The translations under genes and the position numbers were made by a program. A stretch of 64,000 bases of DNA from Guillardia theta CCMP2712 (taxonomy: Eukaryota; Protista; Cryptophyta): positions 310,045 to 374,044 of the forward strand of contig NW_005434594.1 in assembly GCF_000315625.1 (NCBI RefSeq). Reading direction: 5' to 3'. Every line of letters starts with the position of its first letter. Position 1 is the stretch's first letter. Of this stretch, positions 1 to 13,206 are shown piece by piece. The notes under the pieces were generated by a model. It saw nothing but the letters and a program-made list of their open reading frames with translations, made no database searches and had not been told where the DNA came from.

Positions 1-1024
1 GCAGGAGCATGTCTACTTCCTTGATGTCGTCGGATGGTCTTCGTGAGAGGATCAAGCTTCCAAACGAACCCTTCCTGGAGAGGCTCTCCGGGAACGAGGT
101 TGGATCAAACTCCATCTTGCCTGCGGGCTCGAAGTACTCCTCGGAGCTGTAATTGCTGCTATCCTGGTCGTTATCCTGCGTCGTTTGCGAGCTCTCGTCC
201 TCAGCGTTCCCTCGGAACGCAGCTCCAGCTCCAGCTCCAGCTGAAACAAGCAGTTCAGGATGCATAGCGCTGAGATCGCTCCTGTAGGCCGCCATGTCGT
301 ACTCTAGAGCCGCCTGCGGCTCCCTGCTCTGCAGGAACATCTGGCGCTCACGATGCCGCCGCTGTGCGTCCCTATTCTGCGCCCTCCGTCTCTCAGACTT
401 GACAGTGACGAAAGGCTCGGTAGCTGGTGGAGGCGCCGCCACGTTCTGCTCGAACCTCTCAGCTCCCTCCATCACGTCCTTGTGCATGCACATGTTGCTC
501 TGACGCGCTTGCGCATCGGAGCTCGCAGGAACTTGCAGGACACATGGCTGACCCTCGAACGGGGCGGGCAGCGAGCAGCCGTAGAGCGCAGCAAGGTGGA
601 TGGGATACTCTCCCTTGAACTTGGCACTCACGTCTGCCCCGGAGTTGACGAGCGTTCGAGCATCCGTGCAAGGGTTTGTGCTCCTCTCCAGCTCGGCTAC
701 TCGCTCCTTCAACCTTGACACCTCCTCTCGAAGCTTCACATTGTCAGCCTCGGTGATCTCCAACTTCTTCGACAGGGTCTCGTTGCGGGAGGAGATCTCG
801 GATATGCCGCTCTCGAGCTTCTGCACATGCGTCCGGGCCTGATCCCTCGATTTCTTTGCAGCAAGACGATTCTTGATCGTCCTCACCCGGTTTCGAATTT
901 CCCGGGTCATTTCGTACTCTTGGCCGTACATGGTTGGGTAGCCCTCCTCTACTTGCTTCTGAGTGTGCAGGAGCATAGCAAGCTCCTGCTCTAGGGCTGA
1001 ATGCGGCTGAGATGGCCTACGCAT
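1..1024 (-). CDS. bZIP transcription factor with a second basic region (3' end runs off the window)
   Basis: Hand translation from ATG 1024 is open to the window edge. It reads MRRPSQPH...RVRTIKNRLAAKKSRDQARTHVQKLESGISEISSRNETLSKKLEITEADNVKLREEVSRLKERVAELE (basic N-x7-R motif plus heptad zipper), then an ankyrin-like LVNSGADVSAKFKGEYPIHLAALYG, then SERRRAQNRDAQRRHRERQ. It is missing from the ORF track because there is no stop in the window. Confidence 0.85.
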   Translation of the reverse strand, partial: MRRPSQPHSALEQELAMLLHTQKQVEEGYPTMYGQEYEMTREIRNRVRTIKNRLAAKKSRDQARTHVQKLESGISEISSRNETLSKKLEITEADNVKLREEVSRLKERVAELERSTNPCTDARTLVNSGADVSAKFKGEYPIHLAALYGCSLPAPFEGQPCVLQVPASSDAQARQSNMCMHKDVMEGAERFEQNVAAPPPATEPFVTVKSERRRAQNRDAQRRHRERQMFLQSREPQAALEYDMAAYRSDLSAMHPELLVSAGAGAGAAFRGNAEDESSQTTQDNDQDSSNYSSEEYFEPAGKMEFDPTSFPESLSRKGSFGSLILSRRPSDDIKEVDMLL

Positions 1025-1294
1025 TTTTGACAAATTGCAGAACTATGTGGTGGGATGGTGGGATCGGCAGGGAAAGGGGCGCACTTGGGGGCGTTGGAAG
1101 CACAACAGAAGCTTGAGTTGCGATAACAAGAAAGGAGAGCGAGGAGTGAAGGAGTGGGAGACGGAGAGGAGGAGGATGGAAGAGAGAGAAGGTGGAAGGA
1201 GGGGGGGGGGGGGATCAAACAAGTTGCCTGAGGGCAGTGCCAACGGGCTGGACAGGAAACGCTGAGAAGGGGGCAAGACAAGGTATAAATTCTT

Positions 1295-2890
1295 TTCAAG
1301 GGGGTTGAGAAGTGGAGGGAAGGGGGGTGGGGTTGTCCAAGGCGGGGGTACTCCAGAACTATCATTGTACCCCCTTCTTCTACTGTAAAAAGTGGGTAGG
1401 GGTAAGGGGACGGATCTGGCTGTACCCCAATTTATTAACCTGCGCCGGTACACCCACCCCCATTCTCTTGTGCGTTTCTACCCCCACCCCCGCTAACCTC
1501 ATGACATCGCAATACGACCCTGCCCCCCCCTACCCCCATCCCAGTGGTAAAAATCTGCGATAGGACTTATTGAGCGTCTGTAGCACCACCCACCCCCTTG
1601 CCTCTTCTGGGGTGTTAGGGGGTAACGATGAGACTCTTGGGGGAACCAACCGTTGCAAGATATCTTAAAATATTATTTTAAAATAGGTAGATGCTGCGAG
1701 ATAGAACTGAGATCCAGGCGAGATCTGCAGTGGTTCGGAGGTCCGTCAACTGCAGTCGTCGTAGAGGGCGAACAGACCCTTCGGTCCTCCTGTAGACCAG
1801 GGGGTGGTATGGCTGGGCGGGGGACAACGACGGGTAGTCACGATTGGGTTCCTGGTAATTTGGCTGTCACGAACTTGAATCTTTTCGAAGCAGTTTTAAG
1901 TTTTAAAGTCGGGGGCAAAGGTCATGGCGCTGTCCATAGGTCCCAGTTAAATGACACCAAAAACTATGTTTTCGTTTCATGCCCTTGCGTGGGGTCAAGG
2001 AGGGACCATGGGTCTTTTGAATTAGTGATCCACATACAGAAATGGATGGGGATGGGGGGAGGGGACACCTGCGCCTATCGCACTATTGCCGCGCACAGCT
2101 GATACCTGGCAAGCTGCTGACCGTCACGGCTTCAGGGATAAAACTCAAGAGCTCGGAATTTTAAAGCCTAGAGAGCCATGCGCACCACTAGGTAAAAAAA
2201 AAAGTGACGTGCGGTCAAAGTGCGGGGCCCCTTCAACGGTACGGTCGGTCAAGTTTTGAGTAAACAGTCCGAGTCAGTCCGATCACGCCCTTGCGGCCCG
2301 AGCCGGCCCGGCCGCCGCGCCGCCGCCGCCGGCCCGGGCCGGGCCCGTCCGCTGAGTCACTGTGGCACGTCACGCGCCGCCGTACTAGCCTTGGAGACTT
2401 CTCAAGTTTTTTCAAAGTCAAGTTAAAAATCAGTATGAGGACAAGTATGATGGGACTGATTCTTGAAGTTCAACGGGCCGCCAGGCCCTGAGCCTCGGAG
2501 GCCGGGCCAGTGAGGCCGCCCGGCCCGCCCTGTCAAACTGAAGTTACTCATGATACTGAGCCAGTGAGTCAGGCCGCAGTCACCGTGCCACCGTGCGGCC
2601 CGGCGCCACTGACCGTCACGGGGCGGCACCCCGGCGACTCGGCCGCCCGGCGCCCGCCGGCCCGGGCGGAGTCATCCGGCGGCTGATTGTCAGGCGGCCG
2701 CACTCAGTGTAGTGTCGGAGGCCCTGAGGCCCCGGGCCCAGCGGTAGTCTTTCGCGGCCCCAGCCTGGCAGTGCTCCTGGGCCCACAGTGCGGCGGCGGC
2801 CGCCTCCTCAGTCTCAGTACTAGCGGCTCTCTAGGCGGCCGCGCGGCCGGGCGGCGGGGTGACCCGGGCCCGGGCCCAGAAATGCGCACG
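1295..2890. promoter_or_regulatory. Intergenic TACCC-rich tract (1295-2110) plus GC-rich tract (2110-2890) between divergent genes
   Basis: Dense TACCC/GGGTA words followed by CCGG/GGCC/GAGTC-rich DNA. Contains the conserved motif at 2412-2444. The regulatory role is inferred from position only. Confidence 0.5.
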
Positions 2891-3173
2891 TGAAAATTGA
2901 GGGAGGGAAGGAGGACGGGGGGGGAGGCAGGAGAGGCAGGAGAGGCAGAACCAAGGAGGAGTGAAGGGACGAAGCGGTTGAGGGAAAATCAGGATGATTG
3001 AGGAGAGAGGAGAAACGAGAGGGGTGAGGAAGGGGACTTCACACAGCGGACGAGGAGAGAGGGCGGAGTTGAAGCAGGGATCTTGGTTGCTATGGATAGA
3101 AAGAGTGACCTTGCCGCACTTGTAGAGGGTTTGACAGGGGCGGCAGGTAGATCAAGAGGAAACCAGAGACAAG

Positions 3174-3991
3174 ATGAAAGTGAAGCAGAGCAAGCAAGTT
3201 CGGAAGCTGATGTCTCTGTACAACCACACCTTCGGCTTCAAAACTCCCTACCGAGTCATTTGCGACGGCAACTTCTTGCAGGTTTGATGCTGAGCCGCTC
3301 CGTTGCCACTCGCTCGCTGTCATTTTGACTCCTTTCCCTCCCCATCCTTCCCTCTCGTTTCCTACATAGAGAAAGTGCAGGAGCAGGAAGGAACAGCGGA
3401 GTTTAATTTCGTCTCATGCTCTCCCTCTTGCTCTCCACCTTTCATCTCCCGCGCCCCTCCCAAGCTTTCCTCTCTCCTCGCCATCGCCCTGACCCTCCCT
3501 TGACAGGCAGGTCTGGACCTGAAGCTATACCTTAAAGAAGCCGTCCCTGCCCTGCTCCAAACCCCTTGCAACCTTGTAGTCACAAACTGTGTAAGGAAGG
3601 AGCTATCGAAGATAGGAGACGCCGTCTCCGGCGCCTCCCTCATAGCCAAGCGCTACGAATGCATTCGATGCCAGTGTCCCGAGGGGCTGGCGAGGGAGTG
3701 TATTCAGAGGATAGTGGCAGACGGAAACCCTCAGCACTATGTGGTAGCGACGCAGGACAAAGTCCTCAAAGAAGCCTTGAGGAAGGTGGAGGCTGTTCCC
3801 TTGCTGTACATCACGGGCAACAAGGGGTCGGGGAGAATAGCACTCGATCCCCCGTCAGCAGCTACGCTGGAGGGAGCCAAGAAAAGTGAGTTTGCCTCCT
3901 ATAGCAGCGTCTCCCCTCCTGCTCCTCCTGCTCCTCCTGCTCCTCCTGCTCCTCCTCCTCCTTGCCCTCCTGCTGCTCCTCGTCCTCGTCC

Positions 3992-4059
<68 letters not shown>

Positions 4060-4582
4060 GTCGTCGTCGTCGTCGTCGTCGTCGTCCTCCTCCTCGTCTT
4101 TTCTCCCCTCATGCGTTTTGGTAGGGGAGAAAGAAAAGTGCAGCGCAAGCCCAAAGGAAATCAAGGTACCCAACCTCTACCTTCTTGTTGCCCCACCCCG
4201 CGCCTGCCTCTTCCCCTCCTCGTCCTTATCATCCCCCTCCCCTTCTGGACCTCCTCGTCCTCCCCTGCCCTTCTCTTCCTCCCTTCTCTTCCTCCCTTCT
4301 CTTCCTCCCTCCATCTCCCCATCCTCCTCCTGTCCCTCTCAATTCACATGAGACGATAGACAATCAAGAGGAAATTGACGGATAGCGAGGACGATAAGGA
4401 GGAGGAGAAACCATCCAAGAAGTGGAAGGGACCGAAAGGTAGGGACGAGGAGCTGGTAGAGGGCCATGGCGAGGAAGAGAAGTTTTGTTAGGTGGATGGG
4501 AAACAGAAAGAAGAGGTAGGAGGACGAGAAGGAGGACCAGAGATATAAGAATGGAAACGAGGACAAGGACGAGGAGGACGAG

Positions 4583-4630
<48 letters not shown>

Positions 4631-4919
4631 GACGAGGACGAGGACGAGGATATGGTGGCGGAGGGAAGAGATCAGGTTGAGAACGCGGGGGCAGGGAACA
4701 AGGAGGATACACAAGCATGCCTGACAACATGGACGTACAGGAGTAAACCCATTATCAGTCAAGAAGCCGTCAAAACCGAAGCAGCAAGGTAAATCAACTA
4801 GCTGACAAGCGCTGAGAGAAATGCTTACGTAAGTTCATGAAGTGAGCGCGAAGAAGAAGAGGAGGAAGCATAAGAAGAAGAATGCAACCAATGCCTCTAC
4901 CAGCACTCCCGGTGCATGA
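3174..4919 (+). CDS. UTP23: rRNA-processing PIN-domain protein UTP23 (multi-exon)
   Basis: Exon 1 (3174-3281) reads MKVKQSKQVRKLMSLYNHTFGFKTPYRVICDGNFLQ. The next exon has VTNCVRKEL and HYVVATQD..L..ALRKVEAVPLLY. C-terminal KGPK/GVNPLSVKK is typical of UTP23. Introns are GT-AG. Confidence 0.9.
3910..4095. repeat. Compound intronic microsatellite (CTCCTCCTG)n-(CAT)n-(CGT)n
   Basis: Directly visible, inside a UTP23 intron. Confidence 0.95.
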
Positions 4920-4971
4920 ATAGTTGTACTTTATTCCTGTGTGAACTAGAAAATGAAAACTCAATCTTAGA

Positions 4972-6722
<1,751 letters not shown>

Positions 6723-6848
6723 CGCCACGTCTTTCCGGACACCGTTACACGCGAAACGGTAATTGGGCAATGGTCATCGCGGGGAGGAGGGATATAATCG
6801 TGCGAGGGGCGAGGAAGGGAAGTGGAGGGGAGAAGGAGAAGGAGAAGC

Positions 6849-6891
<43 letters not shown>

Positions 6892-7010
6892 GGTGAGGAG
6901 ATAGAGTGATCAGGAAGGAGAGGGGAAGAAGGGAGAGAGTTGTTCTTGCTTGCTTGCTGTCGTCTCTTACAGCTCTCATTGGTCAACATTCAACCACCCA
7001 ACTTCTCAAC

Positions 7011-7705
7011 ATGGCGGACGATCGTCAAACCTCTATGCAATTTTGCAATGAGTGCAACAATCTCATGTATCCCAAGGAGGTCAAAGATGAAACAGATCCT
7101 ACAGAATCAAGACTTGTCTATGTCTGCAAGGCTGCAAACTGCATAGTCTCCGCGAAATCCCGCAAGCAATGTATTGATGCTGAGAGTACCATGGTGTGGA
7201 AACACGTCGTCCAACATACCATGAAGTACGTACCTGGTCCCTTCTCCTTGCTGTCACGCCATGCACTCCTATATCCACACTCCCTCTTTCGCTCCTCTCT
7301 GAACCAGCTCCCCTGTCTCGATGTTTCTCCTTCTCCTCCTCTTCTGACCTCCTTGCTCCCTCCCTTGATGTCTCGGTGACGCGTTGATGGACAAAAGGGC
7401 CGACGACTTTGTAAACGCGGACATCACCCAAGATCCAACCTTGCCTCGAACTCGCCATGTTACATGCTCCAAGGTACTCTGAGCTTCATACCTTGAACAG
7501 CACCTGACGGTGGATCTTGCCTTGCAGTGCAATCACAAAGAAGCTGTCTACCTGCAGGCTGTCTCAGGTCCTCAACAAGGAATCTCGCTCTACTTTGTTT
7601 GCTGTGGTTGCAACCACACGTAAGGGGATCATGTTTGTGAAATGTTAGGAGTGACTTTGTCATAGGTGGAAGCAAGATGGCAAGTCAATGTCAAGCATGG
7701 AATGA
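7011..7705 (+). CDS. RPB9: RNA polymerase II subunit RPB9 (multi-exon)
   Basis: MQFCNECNNLMYPKE...LVYVCK..C, then QDPTLPRTRHVTCSK/CNHKEAVYLQ...LYFVCCGCNHTW: two zinc ribbons with the DPTLPR hallmark. Confidence 0.93.
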
Positions 7706-8692
7706 TGTTGACGTGAACAGCTTTCTTGTTCTATACCTGAGCTTTGCTGATTTCCTTGGTTGGGAAACACATAGCGGGGATGAATCCAGTGACTTTGCCA
7801 AATAAAACCAACTAAGATTAGCACCCTACACGTTCTTTAACAACCTGATGTGAAACTGATGGCCTCACGCGGTACGCCTATCGCTGCTGTGAACACATTT
7901 TGCTTTGTTGAACAAGTTCAATTCAGGCAGGCGACAAAGAAGCAGCTATTCCATCCAAGCCAACGATAAGGAAAACATGAGAGGCAGCGTAATCAGCTGC
8001 TTTCTTACTAACCCGAGCTGGAATAGACGTGACTGGTTGGGGAGTTGGGGATAGTGACCAAAACCAGCAGCGCAAGGCTCCTGCAAGGAGGACAGGAAGG
8101 CCCAGAGGGCGCCAAAGGGGATCGAAGATACTGCGCAGACATCACGGTGCCATGAAAAGCTGGTACCTCATACTCCGCCGCCTAATCGCATTAGAAACCC
8201 ACTCCACCGTTTACTTGTAACGGTGATCCGAAAACTTCCAAAGATATCGTAAGGCGTCAGGACAAGCAGCAGCTGAGCCTAGTCAAGGAAACCAGCAGGA
8301 GCTAAACTACATGACCTCAACGATCACGAACGCTGCAGCAAAGTACCTGATCATAACTCAGCCAGGTAATGAAGCGGGCATTACAGGGTTATTCAGCGCT
8401 TCCGACGATGACCGTCAAGACCACAAGCCTGCTTCGTGACAAGGGCACTAGCGACTGCTCGTTGTTTGGGTCAAATAACTCTCACGAGATGCCTGCTGTT
8501 TTCAGAACAGAACTCCGCTGTCGACCCCTCGACTGATTGCACAAAAGAAACCAACACTGACCTTCAGGGTGTAAGCGCTAGGGTTTGACACCTTTGATGT
8601 TTCATGTCATGGGTCGATTTCACACGAAATGAGACGATTCACTACTGGATGACTCGCTTCTTCACCAGCGACAGTCCATCATCAGATTTGAG

Positions 8693-9049
8693 GGTCGTCA
8701 GGCGGGACGATGATGCGACCTCGCTCGGCTCTCCCGCACACGCCTCTGCGCAAGGTAGACCTTGCTGTCGGACCCGGACAGCGCGGGAGGAGCTGACGAG
8801 CACTGAAGAGCAGCGAGGATCGGAGGCATGCTGAGGGTGACAGGAGTGCTGGACCTCCCGACCTCTTGAGTCTGCAACCAAGTGTGCGATCCAAGAGATG
8901 ATGGGCAGAATGTCGTTCTGATACATGTCGGGCAGGATGGTTCGGTAGCCCAGGGAGGGCAGCTGACTTGTGAAAGCGAAGAGTAGAAGCTGAAGATATC
9001 TCCTCTCGTGCGCAGCCGGAGGTTCTTCACGCCCTTGGCCTTGAGGTCT
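8693..9049 (-). pseudogene. Internally deleted inverted copy of the adjacent GH5-like gene
   Basis: Four collinear blocks match the gene in reverse complement: 8978-9049 = 9757-9828, 8888-8951 = 9871-9934, 8706-8885 = 10551-10730, 8693-8705 = 10764-10776. About 5 mismatches in total by eye. Confidence 0.9.
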
Positions 9050-9568
9050 TGCTCCATCTATGATCAGACTCCGCCGGGATGAGAACGGCGCGCCCGGGCG
9101 AGATCGGGAAGAGGCAGCGGCGCTAAGGGATGGAGCGAGCACGGAGCACCAGCAGCAGTTGCCACCATCTCCGTGGTCAAACAGGTGGTCAAATGGCTGT
9201 TGAAGAGCTAGTACCTTTCAAGGCATCTCCGATTCTTTAAGTCGGCCTCTAAGTAAAAAGCAGTATCCATAGACCCCTCCACATCGCAGACACCAAGATG
9301 TGACCCACTTTGGTCACTTCAGTCACATTGGTCAGCATCGCAGAGAGATCGGCGGGCGGCATCAAGAGAGGTAGGGGTCAATGGATACAGCTTCTAACTT
9401 AGAGGCTGACTTAAGGAATCAGAGGTGTGCTCCCCTGACTGTTGGATATCAAAGGCTCTCGCTCCTCGAGCCTGTTGGCCGGACCGAAACGATGCGATCA
9501 TCAGATTCGCGCCAACAGAAATTCAAGGATCAGTACGAGGATGGTTCAAAGAGACATCATCGTGCGCC

Positions 9569-10771
9569 ATGCCGTCGTCGGTGGCGTTCGCCGCGTACTT
9601 CATGTTGCTGACCCTTGCCCTCGGCACCGCCTCTGCCACCTCTTTCTCCTCCCCCCTCACTGGCGCTGAATACCAGGCGAGGATCGGCTGGGGGTTTGAC
9701 ACGGATTTCTTCAAGTCGGAGAATGGCATGAAGAAATATGATTCGCAGATCATGGCAGACCTCAAGGCCAAGGGCGTGAAGAACCTCCGGCTGCGCACGA
9801 GAGGAGATATCTTCGGCTTCCACTCTTCCACTGAGCTTGCCGACAGCGCGAGCTTGAACAAGCTGTTCCAGGGCTACCGAACCATCCTGCCCGACATGTA
9901 TCAGAACGACATTCTGCCCATCATCTCTTGGATCAACGATGAGTCAGAGGTGCAAGCCACAGATGCGCAGGGCGAAAACTTTGTCGAGTGGTGGAGGAGG
10001 GTCGCGGTGGCTCTCAAGGACGAGCCCTACGAGCTTGCCTTCAACCTCTTCACGGAGATCGGAACAGGTAACCTGAAGGACAACCCAGCGAAGTACAACG
10101 ACTGGACTCGTCGCGCCATCTCCGCCATCCGCACCTCAGGAGGAAACAACGCCTACCGAGTTATCATTCTAGGAGCTCCGGCCAAGGATGCAGACTCCCT
10201 CTCCAGGATCGACACGTCCATCACGAGCGGCCAGCATTACCTCATGGCAGAATGGCACCTGTATGCCTCTGGCCCGAACAAGCAGGTAGGAGGACAGAAG
10301 TACTGGGCAGGCACCGGAAGTGCTGAGGATCGTGAGCGGGTTAACAAGGTCTTCAGAGACGCAGTGGGGTGGACGGCGACTACAAACATCCCGACCTGGA
10401 TCGGTGCCTGGATGCCCTATGACAACATCGATGCCTCGCAGAACCAGGAGGAGGTGGAAGCGTTCGCCTGCTACTTCAGTACCGTCGCACGGCAAAACGG
10501 CATCCCGTGGTCCATGAACAAGCTCGACAACTTCTATGACGTGCGGACGAACACTTGGTTGCAGACTCAAGAGGTCGGGAGGTCCAGCACTCCTGTCACC
10601 CTCAGCATGCCTCCGATCCTCGATGCTCTTCAGTGCTCGTCAGCTCCTCCCGTGCTGTCCGGGTCCGACAGCGAGGTCTACCTTGCGCAGAGGCGTGTGC
10701 GGGAGAGCCGAGCGAGGTCGCATCATCGTCACGAGATGCACAGGAGGATGGTTGCACCTGCAGCCGCCTGA
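9569..10771 (+). CDS. Secreted glycoside hydrolase family 5-like (cellulase-fold) protein, intronless
   Basis: Signal peptide MPSSVAFAAYFMLLTLALGTASA. TIM-barrel GH5-like motifs: GWGFDTD, GVKNLRLR, AFNLFTE, YRVIILG, EWHLYASGP, IPTWIGAWMP, GIPWS. The ATG at 9569 is preferred over the track's GTG at 9425. Confidence 0.8.
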   Translation: MPSSVAFAAYFMLLTLALGTASATSFSSPLTGAEYQARIGWGFDTDFFKSENGMKKYDSQIMADLKAKGVKNLRLRTRGDIFGFHSSTELADSASLNKLFQGYRTILPDMYQNDILPIISWINDESEVQATDAQGENFVEWWRRVAVALKDEPYELAFNLFTEIGTGNLKDNPAKYNDWTRRAISAIRTSGGNNAYRVIILGAPAKDADSLSRIDTSITSGQHYLMAEWHLYASGPNKQVGGQKYWAGTGSAEDRERVNKVFRDAVGWTATTNIPTWIGAWMPYDNIDASQNQEEVEAFACYFSTVARQNGIPWSMNKLDNFYDVRTNTWLQTQEVGRSSTPVTLSMPPILDALQCSSAPPVLSGSDSEVYLAQRRVRESRARSHHRHEMHRRMVAPAAA

Positions 10772-11178
10772 CGACCGGCACACTTGCAGATTGAGAATCG
10801 TCTTGATCGAGCAAGATGCCGTTAGTCAGCACAGCACTATGGATCTGCTCCATAAGAGGCCTGCCACTTGGCTCTGTTGTCTTGATCCTTGATTCTCCAA
10901 CTCGATCGTTAGGCTCATCGCGGTCAATTTGCATTGTGAGGTTTTGTGTTGCATCGAATAAGAACACACTTCACTTCAACACTGCAATTTGACTGTTTGT
11001 CATGGTTTGTTTCGGGCGATCAACTTTCGGTGGAGTCAGGAGCACAGCACAAAGGAAGAACGGATAATATTTCAACTTGAGCCGCAAGCTCAGTCGACAT
11101 CCTTTACTTCCATGTAACCTCAGCAGAGGCTGAGAGCATAGCCCAGGCCTCGTGCCGCTCTCCTTGCACTCGAGAGCT

Positions 11179-11901
11179 TTACATTTGTCTTTGACGGCGC
11201 ATCTGGCTGCGCTTGCGCTTGGCTTCCTTGTCCTTACCTGAGGTAGCAGGGGGTCAGGCAGAGGGAGGAGCGGTCTACCCTGCAATACTTACGGATCTTC
11301 TTCTCGTTGTTGCTCTCAAACCTGCGGCGTCGCTTCAGCTCCATGAGGTGTCCGGACTTGCTCACAGCAATCTAGAGGAGGAAATCGCAAGTCGTCAGGC
11401 CCGATGGGAAGCGTTGACTCTACTTTCACCTTGAACCGCCTCATCGCGCCCTCGATAGGCTCGCCCTCCTTGACTTGTACCTTGATGTCCACCATCGTAG
11501 GCGCAACGATGTTGGCCTGGACTCAACTGTCATGCCAACTGATGACTCGACATGCTCGATCGAGCTTCTTGGAGGGGCATCAGACTTACGGGCTTGCGCG
11601 ATGTGACGGGGGTTGCAGGGATTCTGTTGCCCGCCATGAGGCCGAAAGAAGAGGCCGGGGTGAAGAATCCTTCCACACCGGTGAAGAAGACCTGAAATTT
11701 ATGTTTGAGTAAGCAGAATACATCATTGATTGTTGTGATCATGAAAGTTCGAGTATCTGTTGAGTTGCAAAGGCACAAATACGATTCTTTGATCGCTCTC
11801 CCTGCAACCTCACAACCGCACACAGTTCGAAGTTGAAGGCACGGATTGAGCAAGGAACGGGCAGAGAGCTCTTCGAAGCTCTCAGACAAGCTCAACAACA
11901 T
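11179..11901 (-). CDS. rps21: Nucleus-encoded plastid ribosomal protein bS21 (multi-exon; start uncertain)
   Basis: Exons give MVDIKVQVKEGEPIEGAMRRFK/IAVSKSGHLMELKRRRRFESNNEKKIRK.KEAKRKR, the bS21 pattern. They are preceded by ...TGVEG-FFTPASSFG..., which looks like a signal/transit junction. Confidence 0.8.
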
Positions 11902-11949
11902 GTTTCATCCTTCCTCTCCTTTCATCGCTTACCATGGAGGCCGCAACCA

Positions 11950-12600
11950 ATAGAAAGCGACTTGTTGTCTGCATAGCTGTCACCCTATGCAAGTTTCGGA
12001 TGCAAGGGGTAGTACCCTACCATGATTGTGTAGCTTCCATCCTTCATATTTCAGTGGGTCAGGGTATACACCCCTACCCCATTATACAAGCAGAAAGAAA
12101 GGACCACCCCATCTGACTCGCGGATGAGTTTGTCAGCGACATATGACCGGTGGTCTTCACATAAACCAGAACGTGACCAACCCCCAACCTCATAACTAAT
12201 AATCATTGAATAAAATTCAAGTACCCGGCTCCTTGAGTGCCAGGATCGCGTCGGGCCCACTCAGGGCGGCTCCGACGGACGGTGTCACTGGCCGCCGCCG
12301 CCTCAGTCCCCCCGGTAGGTGACCGTTACAAGTGAACCCTCCGACTCATCATGGCATCCTGCCCACTCAGCGCCTGACCCCCCACTGAAACTAAAGTGAC
12401 GGTACGGGTCCGGTGTCGACCCCCCGGGCCCGGGGTGACTTGACTCAGCCAGTCCGGCGGCACGGGCCCCGGAGTCCCGGACCAAGCGAGCCCGGCCCCG
12501 GGGGGCGCCCGGCGAACCGTTGAACTCCGGCCGCCGCCGAACGCCAGCGCTGAGCATTTAGTTATCCAAGATAAGTCAGTACGAGGACCAACTAGTTAGC
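11950..12600. promoter_or_regulatory. TACCC-rich plus GC-rich intergenic module between divergent genes
   Basis: TACC words at 11950-12240 and GC-rich DNA at 12240-12550. Carries CCGTTGAACT (12517) and TCAGTACGAGGAC (12576), which are shared with other modules. Confidence 0.5.
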
Positions 12601-12859
12601 AGTTGATGCCTCCCCCGATCTGTTTGCTTGCTGGCGAGGCGAGCTCGGATGTAAGGAGCCGCTTGCTACGGGCACGAAAGGCGGTAGGCTCGGAGCTGCC
12701 GGGAGGAGAAGCCGAACGGTGAGAAGAAGAGGCAGCGGGAGAGGAAGAGGAAGAGGAAGAGAAACAGGAAGAGACTAACTGACGAAGACGACGAGGAGGA
12801 GGAGCTGTCGCTGTAGTAAAAGGCGTAGTGTGACTCCGGAAAGACTCTCCGGAGCACTG

Positions 12860-13013
12860 GGAGGAGGAGGAGCAGGAGGAGCAGGAGGAGCAGGAGGAGC
12901 AGGAGGAGCAGGAGGAGCAGGAGGAGCAGGAGGAGCAGGAGGAGCAGGAGGAGCAGGAGGAGCAGGAGGAGCAGGAGGAGCAGGAGGAGCAGGAGGAGCA
13001 GGAGGAGCAGGAG
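12860..13013. repeat. (GGAGGAGCA)n 9-bp tandem repeat
   Basis: Directly visible upstream of the acyltransferase. Confidence 0.95.
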
Positions 13014-13206
13014 GCAAAATTTGTCAAGTATTTTGTGAGTGGAGAGCCTGAGGAGGATTCCAACAGGCAAGGAACATTTGCTAGCTGAAGAGGAACAAGA
13101 GAAAAGGAGCTGCAGGCAAAAGCATTCCGGCAAAAGACAGCGGAAAGGTCTTGAATGTGACAAGAGGCAAGCAGCAACGAGATTGTGAGAGGACTGCAAG
13201 GTTGTC

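Noticed and set aside
2220-2893. Pro/Gly/Arg-rich ORFs in the GC tracts (also 29.0-29.8, 38.0-38.7, 39.9-40.3 and 49.4-50.4 kb)
   Set aside because: Stop-poor because of very high GC content; no codon bias or domain signal.
3855-4762. Poly-M/D/I/S/H and RT-repeat ORFs here and at 6314, 12596, 26167, 55284 and 62757
   Set aside because: These are translations of intronic or intergenic microsatellites, which lack stop codons by construction.
7720-8690. Possible gene upstream of the GH5 fragment
   Set aside because: Only short ORFs; no consistent splice model or motif found by eye.
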